Shown one piece after another: positions 51,150 to 62,780 of a DNA stretch of 64,000 bases. The first letter of the stretch is position 1. Each line of letters opens with the position of its first letter. A program made the position numbers and the translations under genes. The stretch is taken from NCBI RefSeq assembly GCF_001194135.2, contig NC_068984.1, positions 31,753,881-31,817,880 of the forward strand, in the 5' to 3' direction. Below the pieces are notes generated by a model, which saw only the letters and a list, made by a program, of their open reading frames with translations, did not search any database and was not told the origin of the DNA. Source of the stretch: Octopus bimaculoides. Lineage: Eukaryota.

Positions 51150-51680
51150 GGCAAGACATGGTATGAGCACAAACTACAGAGTGGCAGAGTCAGAGACTAG
51201 CAAAATCTTCTGGGATTTCCCAATCCAAACAGATCAGGTGCTAGAGCATAACAGACCAAACCTAATGGTGGTTGACAAGCTGCACCACATGTGCTATATA
51301 GTTGATGTTGCATGCCTCTTTGACCAATGAATAGCCAAAAATACAACTCTCTTAAATACGAAACAACCAAGCTATGGAAAACGAAGGAAGGTGAAGATAG
51401 TGCCAAATATTGTTGGGTCCTTGAGAATGGTATCAGAAGGCATCAAGAGGGATATAAAGGAAATTTGAATAGAGTGCCCAGTAGAACTGTTACAAAAGGT
51501 TTGCCTCCTTGGTATGGCCAAAATAATCAAGGAAGTATCAGATAGCTGAAAAGAATGGATAGCATGGTCCCACAGACTGCAGGTAGCAAGCCCACTATGC
51601 ATGCAAGTCTCCAGGAGTTCCAACAAAACCTGTAATAAAGAGAAATGATGATAATAATAATAATAATAATAACAATAATT
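51150..51680 (+). mobile_element. R4/Dong-type REL endonuclease fragment with (TAA)n tail
   Basis: WYEHK..KIFWDFPIQTDQVLEHNRPNLMVVDK..CYIVDVAC, KYNSLKYETTKLW, ELLQKVCLLGMAKII, then UTR and (ATA)n. Confidence 0.85.
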
Positions 51681-51681
51681 A

Positions 51682-51960
51682 ATTCGTTTTATTGGCCACA
51701 AGGGCTAATATCAATTAAAAACATGTAAGGACAAAGACAGGACGAAGTTTACAATAGGTTTTGTCCGAAAAGGTAGGAAAGTTCGTATAAACAGAGGAAG
51801 AAAACGGACAAATAAATAGATAAATAAATAAATAAATAAATAAAACTCCCAAAGGGGGAGGCGCTTTGAAAAAGGAAAGGTTACACATGGAAAAACCCAT
51901 AAAACCATGGGAACCTGGTCAGAAAAAATAAGAAAGGGGTATAGAGCCCTTTCTCCTTTT
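51682..51960 (-). mobile_element. Young retroelement 3' UTR (possibly L1/Tx1-type)
   Basis: Minus strand ends ..GTCTTTGTCCTTACATG..TAGCCCTTGTGGCCAATAAAACGAA; CpGs retained; tail resembles the family A SINE tail. The clade call is inference. Confidence 0.5.
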
Positions 51961-51994
51961 ACATTACCTTTTTTTTTTTTCCTACAGGTGTATT

Positions 51995-52715
51995 CTCAGA
52001 AAACCTGAACTTGCCCCATGATAAAAACTGGTGGGAACACAAACCACCCCCAGTACTTGAAAATGATCACATTGCACTCCTCTGGAACTTCACCATTCAA
52101 ACTGACAGAAAGATAGAAGCAAATAGGCCAGACATCATACTGAAAGACTTCAGACAAAAATCATGCCGCCTCATTGATATGACTGTCCCAATCGATATAA
52201 ACGTATCTGTCAAGACCTACCAAAAACTGAGCAAATATAAAGATCTTGAAANNNNNNNNNNNNNNNNNNNNNNNNNNNNNNNNNNNNNNNNNNNNNNNNN
52301 NNNNNNNNNNNNNNNNNNNNNNNNNNNNNNNNNNNNNNNNNNNNNNNNNNNNNNNNNNNNNNATTGTCATAGGTGCCCTGGGAATGACAGCGAAACGGGC
52401 TGATTACTACCTAGCTGAGATACCAGGAAACCCCAAAATGGCTGAAGTTCAAAAAATAGTGCACATGGGAACTGCCCATATCCTACGTAATATACTGTCT
52501 ATGTGATCTCAAATTTTAAAACAAACACATAATTTTCTTATGGTTTCTTAAACATTCCCTAGAACAACACTATGTACAAATCCAAATATATGGTACCCTA
52601 GGCGTAACACCTACATGAACTTCTAACTTGTTGTCTCTTGAGGTCTCTTGGTGAGACTTGGATCCAACTTGTACAAAAGCAAAACAAAAGTCAAACATAA
52701 AATAATAATAATAAC
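51995..52715 (+). mobile_element. R4/Dong-type REL endonuclease fragment, second subfamily (spans a gap)
   Basis: NLNLPHDKNWWEHKPPPVLENDHIALLWNFTIQTDRKIEANRPDIILKD..IDMTVP..KLSKYKDLE..IVIGALG..GTAHILRNILSM*, UTR, (AAT)n. Confidence 0.9.
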
Positions 52716-55129
52716 CTTATCAGACAAGTAGTCATGATAGATATATTGGACTTTGTATATCTGTGCCCTAGTGTCACTTTGATAGCATACATTGCCTTCT
52801 CACTCAATAATAATAATAATAATAATGAAACAAAAGTAGCAACAGCAATGACAACAGTCTGGATTGACGAGCAAAAGGTATTTGATAATATCCCACACTC
52901 CTAGATGCTAGAGAGATTTTACATAAATCTTTCAGTCCTAATATTATTGAAACAGAAACCTGTTGAACAAAACAAAGGACTACAAAGGTTCTTTGAATCA
53001 ACCAAATTAGAAAAAATATATATATAATCAATTTTTATATATAAAGAGAAAGTAAAGTAGAAGCAGGTAAGAAATTAAACTGAAATAACACACACGTATG
53101 TGCCTGCACACATACACACACATGTACACATGCATTTATGCATTGTTTACATACACACATGAATGTGCACAAACATATCCATGCATAAAAATGCACAGTT
53201 CATGCGTTTATACATGTACGGTATTTATGAAATAAAACAGATGTTAAACAAAGGAGGGAAAGCAATTTAAAAATGGTTTGTGGCTACATGAAACACAGTC
53301 CACTCTCCATTTAAGGTATATTCTCTCTCCTAAGTCCATCTCACACAAGACTGTTAACTCTTTCATCCATATTCAATTTGAACAGTCTTATCTACTTTTC
53401 TGAAACTTTACTCAAGAGTAGGTATTATATCTATCTGTGTACCCCACTCTTCTCCCCTTCAACTTCAACTTATGTTTAAACAAATTTATAAGGGTTGAGT
53501 CAGAGAAAATCTCTTGTTCCCCAGACTACCTCTTCCATCACATCCAACAGACAAAGGAAAATTTTCCAGCTCTCCTAGCATTAAAAAAAAAGGAAAAAAT
53601 GCCCATGACAGGTTGATCCTTCCAATGGATTTGACTGACAGCTGGATTCATCTAACATGTGATAGCAGCAATCTAATATAATTCCATATTTGCCAAATTG
53701 CATCATTAGCTTGGAATGCTGAATTGAAATCATCCTTTCAAACATGATAGAAACATACTTGTACTTGGTTTTCACCAATTATATCACCCACCCCCAAGCT
53801 AAGAAAAAGAGGAGAAAACAAAAAAACTAAACTCAATATGAAGGATTTGATAAAATCAGAAGATTTGATAAAAGAAATCTAACTTTGATGATCCAGAGCC
53901 CTTTTCATAGAAGTTATTAATTATTGAAATCTGATGAACTCATAATTGGATTATTATAGATCCTGGATCACTGATGGATGCTTCTGAATATGAAGTATGG
54001 AAAGATGAGAAGATAAACATTCTGCATCATTAAACCAATGTGTGGAATTGTGTTTCAGGATTCTTTGTTGAAGCAAAATTATTGAAAATTATTGCATTAT
54101 TGTTTGTTAATTCCTACAACAATACTTTTATCATTTTTTGCTTATATATTTGTTTTCATTTATTTATCATTTAATATACAGTTTGTATGTTTTATTTTTT
54201 ATATTTTTGTCAATTATTTGCTTCCTTAATTATGTGTATGCTACATGAATTCACTCCGACATATATATACACGTACATACCAACAAATAGATACTGTCTG
54301 TAAGCATAGGAATGTAATTCATGTATGAAGTTATTCAAAGGGCACTGAGTTGTAGATATGATAATGTTAGACAAAAAGCTTTGCAGTATTTAGATATATA
54401 CATTCACAGCATGAGTTCAAACCTAGCTGAACCTAACTGTTCTTTTTATCTGTTTTTCTGGATAAAATAGTTTTAGTCAAGTATTAAGTTGATTAAATTA
54501 TACATATTTCATTAATACAAAAGCATAATTTACTGCCATTATAAAAGTCTACAGACTTAAATACACACACTGTTTCCTCTTCCTTCTTTGCCTGTTGTAA
54601 ATAGTTAAAATATACACTATATGTGCAGGGGGATATCTATGCATACACATACATATGTATATATATATACACACATATACACATCACAGGAGCATGTGAT
54701 TGACCAGACTATCGTATGTTGTTATACATTGCTAATCACAATGCACTTTCCACTGTTTTAGCTTTCAAATGTTACAACCCAGCTGACCAGGCAAGCAAGT
54801 CAAAATTTCCCCCATAATATTTTATGGTTTGCCCCACATTTCTCCCTAAATGTAAGGATAAATATAGGTACAAAATTATTACTTTTATACGATGATCACT
54901 TTCTTAGAAACCATAGGTATAATAAGATATTTAATACACATAACATTAAATCCTCCAATGTAATGACCTATATCAATAAGCAAACGATTAGTGGGACCAG
55001 TCTTGGATACATATGCAGAGATAGATGTAAATGTCCTCTGGGGCAGGCATGTGACATATCTTCTGTTGTTTATACATTACAAGTAACAGCAAATGGTGGC
55101 CTTAATCACACAGTGACTAAATGATTCAT

Positions 55130-55360
55130 TTAGTCTGTGGAGAGAAAATTTAAATCTAAATACAACTATATTTCTACTTTTTGGTGCACTGAAAAGAGAC
55201 TTACAACAACGCTCTCAGCATTAATCAGGAGACTTAAAGATGTGAACATCAACTACAACACCAAATGGAAGATCCTTTTTAAGATCAAACCTCATAATAA
55301 TGATTCAAATGATGCTCCACATCCTTACTTGAAAAAATGCTTATTTTAAAGAACTAAAGA
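55130..55360 (+). mobile_element. Penelope-like GIY-YIG C-terminal relic
   Basis: TTTLSALIRRLKDVNINYNTKWKILFKIKPHNN parallels 59368-59709. Confidence 0.65.
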
Positions 55361-55729
55361 ACCACCTCAAAGGACTGTATAAAAAAAATTCAAAAGTAAG
55401 ACTTTTTCCATCGTGTCCCCATTTTAGAATGCACATTGTTGCATGAATTAAAGAAACTGCTTGGACAGACCATAATCCTTTCCAGGGTTGGTTTACGAAA
55501 TTTTCAGCACTCATAAAAGACTGCATATATTTGATGTCCAATTAATTATCTCCCTTTGATCACTCTCTGTCCTTTTCAAAATGCAAACTGCAGCTGCATT
55601 GAACACAGTTTATAAATCATGTTCTTTTCTTAGTCACTTAAGTGCTCTTTAAAACACCACACCATCTGACCTGACATGCCAATTTGCTTGAGAAAGACAT
55701 TAATTTTATATACACATCGTTTAGTTATC

Positions 55730-56220
55730 TGCAACCCGAAGGTAAAAGACAGAAGAGTTTGGTAGAAAAAATACCTACCATGGCTGAAGGTATGGAGGTT
55801 AAAAAGTTGACAATGAAGGAAACTTTGATGGAGAAGTTGAGTATGATAGAGAATGATATGGTTGAACTTGAAACTGGCTGTAAGGCACTGAAATATAGTT
55901 TGTTAGAAACTCTTGGTATCAACTGTAGATAGACATGAAGACCACCATGACAATGGACATGTATGTTAACATAATAGATTTGTAAGAGGATCGATGAGAA
56001 GAGTATGAGGTTCAGAAGATAGCTGAGGAGAGCATAAAAACAGAAAAAAAAGATATTACAAGACAAATAAAGCTGTTAAGAAAGAGGAAGTAAACATAGA
56101 TAAGGCCCATAGGAAAACGTCTGTAGAAAGTAAGAATGCAAAGGAAGGTCAAAGAGAAAATGTTTAAAACTGCAAAGCAATTAGCAGACATGAGATGTGA
56201 TGTGATAGACTTATCAATAC
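55730..56220 (+). mobile_element. Possible decayed RTE inter-domain linker
   Basis: ..KAVKKEEVNIDKAHRK..MFKTAKQLADMRCDVI resembles the RTE 'IFKIAKQM..ERQDV' linker. Confidence 0.35.
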
Positions 56221-56879
56221 ATATTGTAAATATAGAGTTAATTTGAAAAACATGTACATTGATTTGACATATTGAAAATAAATTAGTGATTATCAGTGAA
56301 GTGATAATTTTATTCATTATCTTATGCTACTTAAACATTTTTCATCATTATATTATATTGTTATATTAGCTGGAATTAGACACATAACAGAACTTTATGT
56401 AAACACTCACAATTTAGAAACAATCTAATAGTACAATGAACTTGAACTCTTCATATTTTCTATGATTTTAATGAGTATTTATGTCTGAGTGTGTGTGCTG
56501 GTTTAGAAACAATATCTTCAGTCGAATTTTTTTTAGCTTTGTAACTTTTATTTTGTCACATTCATTATAGATTTTAAAACTGAGAGATATAAGTTGTAAG
56601 GATTCCACACAACACATCGTTTTCTTCTTTCTATTATTTTAGTAATTTATGGTATTAGTATATTAGACTTGCATGATATGATGGGATAACAAGAGTACTG
56701 AATTATTTTTATTAAACTTATTGTACTTTAAGAAATAACTAATTTTCCATGTAATTGGTATGATGTAGCACAAACAAACATACCCAAACACAAAAGCAAA
56801 CCATGTGGAATTGAATGTGTTCACCAATAAAATAATGAGATCATTATTTATTAGAAGGTTTACATCTGGGCAAGGAATT

Positions 56880-57002
56880 CTGGAGAATTACGAAGAAAAA
56901 TATGAGAAAGATATGGCATATAATATTTTTTGTGCAGGGGTTCCTTGAGACATGGAATTCAATTTAAAGGTTATGCAAGGGTAAAAAGGTTGAGAAACAC
57001 TG
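56880..57002 (+). mobile_element. hAT (Charlie-like) 3' terminus
   Basis: CAGGGGTTCCTTGAGAC..AAGGGTAAAAAGGTTGAGAAACACTG. Confidence 0.6.
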
Positions 57003-57399
57003 ATATAGTCACTGGTGAAAACTAGGGCTTCACAGTAAAATTCACAGGAGAATATAGCAATTATAGGGAATAATTTATCCGTTACTATTTTAAATTAGGG
57101 GAGGACCTGAACTCTGTAGCACAAGCTAAGTAACATGAATTAGTTTTATTATATTGTCTGCTTACAGAGAATAATTATATACCATTTCATTCTGTGGTAC
57201 ATATTGCAAACTAGGTAAACTCAATCATTAAAAGTTATGCATAGTGATAATATAATGTTCATTACCTACTAATTTGATTATCTACTCTCATCTCACCTTT
57301 AATGCAACTGCTATCAAATTACCATTTAATGTTCTAATAAGAGTTTGAATCTCAAGCAGAATAGATCATAACTATACACAGTTCCCAGTGCTTACTACA

Positions 57400-57660
57400 T
57401 TTAGCCGTATTTTTTTATGTAAACCATTTTTATGCCCTAGACAGAGAAGAAATGGCAGTTACCATGAACTTTATCTACGGTCTCTAAGGCTGTAGAGGAA
57501 AATGAAGGAAACCAGCACTCGTGAGTTACTACAGTAGGAAGCAATAGGTGATTATTTGGACAAATATCTAATCTGAATTATCACCACCAAGTTGACTCTG
57601 CTAAACGCATCCAATAGTCATGCTGTGATGCTAAACTATGCAATGAAATATTTTTTATTT
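57400..57660 (+). mobile_element. Possible piggyBac C-terminal relic
   Basis: ..LFGQISNLNYHHQVDSAKRIQ*SCCDAKLCNEIFFISY resembles the Cys-rich piggyBac end. Weak. Confidence 0.25.
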
Positions 57661-57929
57661 CATATAAATTCATCAAAATATAAAATATTTATTTACCATC
57701 TATTTGTAATTTTAAAATCAAAACGTATCAAATTTAAGTAATTTGTTAACATAGTATAGTTATTAATTTAAAATATGACTCCAAAATTATTACAATCCAT
57801 TCAACATGTTTCAATACTGCTTCAATATACCCAATATTACTCATAAGGCTTGAGTTGACTCTTGTCTAAAGTGTTTGTGTACTAAGGCTGGTTGATACTG
57901 AAAACATATGATTATAAATTAAAATTTTT

Positions 57930-58960
57930 AACCACATAAATGTGTCACCTGACCTTAAAAGTTAAAAGCATCGAAGGGCAGGTGGTGGTGTTAAACCAGA
58001 TGAAGTTTTAGCTTCACCAAATTCCAGCTAAGTGAACTGAGCCAGTAAGAATTATAGTTCTGTGTTAATGAATCATTTAAATGCCATTGAAGAAGTATGA
58101 ACCAATAACTCCTTTGTTAGTAACATGGCACCTAAACAGCTTGGTCATCTGTGACTCTCAGACAAAAATATCATACCTAAACTGAATAATAAACAGATTT
58201 TAAACAATGTGACACCAAAGTTAGAAATCACCAAGATGGAAGAAAATATATTGATTTTTTTTTACTTTGCAAGTCTAATCTGTGAATGGAACCATTAAAT
58301 TATTCAAACTTCTCTCTAAGTTCAGCTTCCAATTTATGCTAATTCTTGTCTAATGCCCCAGAAATAGTTTTGGCAGTCAGTTTGTGACTGGCTCTCATCT
58401 TGCTAAAGATAATAGGAAAAATTTAAAAAAAAAGAAAGAAACAGATGAAGTTTACATATACAACCCCCCTCTCTCTCTCTCATACACTATCACAGAGGTA
58501 TAGGTATATTCTATACACACTCTTATATAACTTTACATAGATAAACACATTTACACGCATATACATATACCTAGATACAAATAATAGCAAATATTATAAA
58601 TAAAAGCAATCATTTATGTAACCATATAAACGCAGGCATGGTTTGAATTATAAATAAACACATAAAGGCATATTTCACACTTGGTAAGGTAAACGTTATG
58701 TCTTTTGAATATCATTATAATATTATAATTTCAATAAAACAAGAATGACACATTGAGACAATAACATGACTTCTTCCAGATCAGCTAGTTTTGCAGATAC
58801 ATCTTTTGCACATAACGTATACTTCTAGATATTTTTCTTGGCTGACATAATGCTTCCATTGTAGCTTTGTATAAAACGGAATTTTATGTTGGTGCAATTA
58901 TTTTCACAGATGGATTTCATCCCTTCAGCCAAATAACCAATCCTTAAAGAAGAAGAGAAT
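57930..58960 (-). mobile_element. Scattered Penelope-like relics
   Basis: Minus strand ..FIWFNTTTCPS.. (cf. IIWFNPP) and ..NSVLYKATM.. (cf. NIVYKA). Confidence 0.35.
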
Positions 58961-59209
58961 CAGCTTTTATTGTCAAGAAGACTTGAGTAAGTGCTGTTAT
59001 GTATGCTGTTTTATTGCTCTAAGACATAACACAAAGGGTTTAATAAGCTTTCAGGATATAGTCATATATTAAGTTGTCTATCAACTCAAGCTCCATTAGA
59101 TATCTTTGCCGTGAATACACGCATTTGCACGTGCATGTCCACAAGCACACACACATACACAAAAACAAACAATCTCATAGACACATACTTATATTCGTAG
59201 AAGACCAAC

Positions 59210-59709
59210 AGATTCAACAAAATATTTAATAGACATACCCTGAAATTGTCCTTTAGCCGTGCACCTAGAGTAAAAAAAAGATTTTAGTAGGTAGGCCCAG
59301 ACCCAAGACTGAAACAGGATGCTCATGCAGGGGTAACACAACTTGTCCACTAAGTGGCCACTGCAATATGGAAACAGTTGTTTACAAGACAGAAGTAACA
59401 GCAACAGGACCCAATGAACAACTGAGCATGTGGAAATATGTGGGGGCAACAGAAGGGCCCTTCAGAACCTACTTTAACAACCACAAGTCCTCGTTCAACA
59501 TCCCAGAGAGATGTAATGCCACAACCCTAGCCAAGCACATCTGGTATTTGAAAGAAAGTGCTACAGAGTACAGCATAAGGTGGAAGATCCTAGAAAGATG
59601 CAGATCATACTTCAATAGCAGCAGGAAGTGCAGATTAGGCCTGGCCAAAGAAATGTTTGACCAAAGCACACACCAATACATCCATGTACACACAAGCACA
59701 CCCCTATAA
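59210..59709 (+). mobile_element. Penelope-like GIY-YIG endonuclease region
   Basis: KIFNRHTLKLSFS..CSCRGNTTCPLSGHCNMETVVYKTEV..KYVGATEGPFRTYFNNHKSSF..TTLAKHIWYLKE..YSIRWKILERCRSY..RKCRL (VVY/YVG = GIY-YIG motif). Confidence 0.9.
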
Positions 59710-60852
59710 AGCAGACACCCTGCAAATAATTATAACCACCCCCAAAACATATCCATTCACACAAATTGTACCCGCACATATACACAGACTTCACACACAT
59801 TACACACCGCTCGTTGACATAAAAACCCCCTCCCATGACTTTATCCTTTACAGGAAGAAAACAGACCAACGAACGCAGTTAAATATACCTAGAGACCTGG
59901 AAAAAATTATACATATGACAACACTACACATACCCCGTATCACAACACCATCCCTGCAAGGACACCCACTTTAAGATAACTCTTGCCAGCTTCACAGCGT
60001 ACGCAACCAAGGGACATAACTCCCAACCCAATCCCCTAGATCTTTTTTTCACAGCAACCACTGACTGGTTGTGTTAATCTACCTCTGACAGTAGAGAGCA
60101 GTTGCCACTTTTTAAAAGAATTTGGTGTTTTAATTAATTTACATTACATGTTTCGTTTTTTTTTTGAAAGACCTTATCAAAAATGAGTATAAAATATGTC
60201 AGAAGAGAAGAGGGCTATTAATAAAATAAAATTGAAATTAAAATTAAGAATAACATTTATTGTTTACTGTTATTTCTTGCATGCGCACGTCGTCCTTTTG
60301 TTCTGTTCTTGAGGCATGGTAAATTCAACTCGCTGTGATAGTAAATTACTACTATCTGTTTTTGTAAATTAAATAGTGGTCAAGACTTGTTTTCTAGGAG
60401 TGGCTGTAGCCGTCGAATAACCAGCAGCAGTAATAATAATAATAATAACAATAGTAGTAGGAGGAGGAGTCATTGTGGTGAAGTTGTTCCCCTTGTGGTT
60501 TTAATAGAAATCTGATACAAAGTTGAACTGTGAACTTTTATGCTTCTTTTTTCTTCATCTTATTCCTTTTACTCCTGTCCTCTCTGTTGTAATTTCATTA
60601 ATCTATACCTTCCCATTTTCCCCATTTGTCTCCAATAACAGAATATCCCATACTGTGGGATGTCCCAGAAACAACTGTAACACTTTGAATTTTTTTTCAA
60701 ATAATAATAATGTGTATGACTTGAGATGTTTGCTTTGCATTAATATTTGTTGTTCTCTTTAACAATTATATATCCTCTATATCGGAAATCTGCAATGGCT
60801 CCATAACTACCATTTCGGCTATAACCTTGGAGCCCTAGTAATCCACTACAGC

Positions 60853-60862
60853 ACTTACCTAG
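60853..60862 (-). promoter_or_regulatory. Consensus 5' splice donor (CTAG|GTAAGT), candidate end of a non-coding exon
   Basis: Plus-strand ACTTACCTAG; exact match to AG|GTAAGT, inside a CpG-retaining patch. Confidence 0.35.
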
Positions 60863-61994
60863 CGTACCTAATCGTTTAGATCACCTGTGAACTAAATCCC
60901 CAAAACGAGATAACTTTTTAAGGGCAATAAAAGTGCCATTTTGGATTGTTACCAGAATATAACAAATATGTATAATATATTTCTGTCACACCATTCACCA
61001 TGCCAGCATGGGAAATTGACGTTGGGTGTTGATAATGATGTGTAGGAGGATTTGCTAGAGGAATGAAAACATGAAAGTGGCACAGGCTGGGTCTGAACTT
61101 TAAATAGAAGAAGAATGAAAATAAATACAGTTAGTTTTAGTTTTCTATTCTCTGAAACCTTTTCATTTCCCTTCCACAAAATAGATATCTAATTTAAAAA
61201 GTGTTAATGTAAAAATGTTGATCTGTGCAATGGAGAAATCATATGATAGCCTTCTCTTCTGGAATAGTGTTATCAACTCCAATGGACTGTGTCAAGTAAA
61301 TGTTTTATCATCTTTAGTAGTGTACAATCATGTTAAGGTTACTTGTTATTTCACTCAATTATTATTTTGCATGTTTTATAACTGTTTAATTGCAGAATTA
61401 TAGCGCTGTATCTTCGTTCCAGTGAAAGCACATGTGTAGTTTTAAACAATTTATTATAGCACTTCTCTAAAAGACCTAAAAGTTGATGTGCATCTTGTTT
61501 TCTTAACTTTTCTCAACTATTACCAACTCTGGTAAAAAAAATATTCATTTGGGATTTGTTGTTCTTTGTCATGCTTTTTTCTAATAATTTTATCAACAGA
61601 GCATTTACTAAAAGAAAACAAAATAACAAAATAAAGCAATAACAATGAAATAGTAATAAAAAGCAAAGTAAAAAACCAAATTAAAATGCTTATGCAACAA
61701 AATGAAGCTAATTTTTTTGTTAAAATCTAGCAAAAGACAAAACAAAATTAGCAATAGTAAAAGCAAAAATATAAATAAAAAATATAAATGCAAACAATAA
61801 AAGAGCAAAATATGTCTAAAAAATGAAATAATGATAAAAAGATTAAAATTATAAGAAATAATGATATAATCAAAAAATAATTAAAAAATCTTTACACTGA
61901 AAATTATTATTGTAAACTGAAAAGTTATTTCTAAATGTAGCAGCAGCAGTACTAGTAGTGCGGGAGTGGATAATGAGTGTAATAATAATAATCC

Positions 61995-62208
61995 TTTCTA
62001 CTATAGGCACAAGGCTTGAAATTTGGGGGGGAGGAGGCTAGTTGATTACATCGACCCCAGTGCATAACTAGACTTATTACATCAGCCCTGAAAGAATGAA
62101 AGGCAAAGTTGACCCTGGTGGAATTTGAACTCAGAACATCATGATGAATAAAATGCCACTAAACATTTTGCCCAGTATGCTAATGATTCTGCCAGCTCAC
62201 TGCCTTAA
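61995..62208 (-). mobile_element. SINE family A, CpG-decayed
   Basis: Homologous to 2161-2397 and 17490-17688. Confidence 0.8.
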
Positions 62209-62409
62209 TAATTATAATCATAATGACTCCTGATGTTGGCAGTATTGTTTGGTGATTTACAGTACTTAACTGATGGTTAAATTTTGGCAGGATTTGACCT
62301 CAGAAACAGAAAGGGACATTACTAAAGAATAATAAAGCTTTTTTTTTTCTGATGTTCTGACAATTTTGCCAATGACAGAATTTAATCCACAAAATACACT
62401 CTATAAAGA

Positions 62410-62780
62410 TAGGAGTGGCTGTGTGGTAAATAGCTTGCTTACCAACCACATGGTTCTGGAAACTTGGGAAAGTGTCTTCTACTATAGCCTCAGGCCAAAC
62501 AAAGCCTTGTGAGTGGATATGGTAGAGAGAAACTGAAAGAAGCCCATCGTATGTGTGTGTGTGTATGTAAGTTTATGTGTCTGTGTTTGACCCTCAGCAT
62601 TGCTTGGCAACTGATGCCAGTGTGTTTACATCTCCGTAATTTAGTGGTTCAGCAAAAGAGATTGATAGAATAAGTACTAGGCTTACAAAAAATAAGCCCT
62701 GAAGTCGATTTGCTCGACTAAGGGTGGTGCACCAGCATGGCCACAGTCAAATGACTAAAACTACTAAAAAAGTAAAGGAA
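62410..62780 (+). mobile_element. SINE family B
   Basis: Collinear with 49430-49880, with a deletion in the head. Confidence 0.85.

Noticed and set aside
55684-55932. 82-aa coiled-coil-like ORF as a host gene
   Set aside because: No splice context or recognisable domain; it runs into sequence resembling a decayed RTE linker.
60892-60939. CAAAATGGCA strong start context on the minus strand
   Set aside because: The frame stops after 15 codons, before the donor site; at most a uORF.
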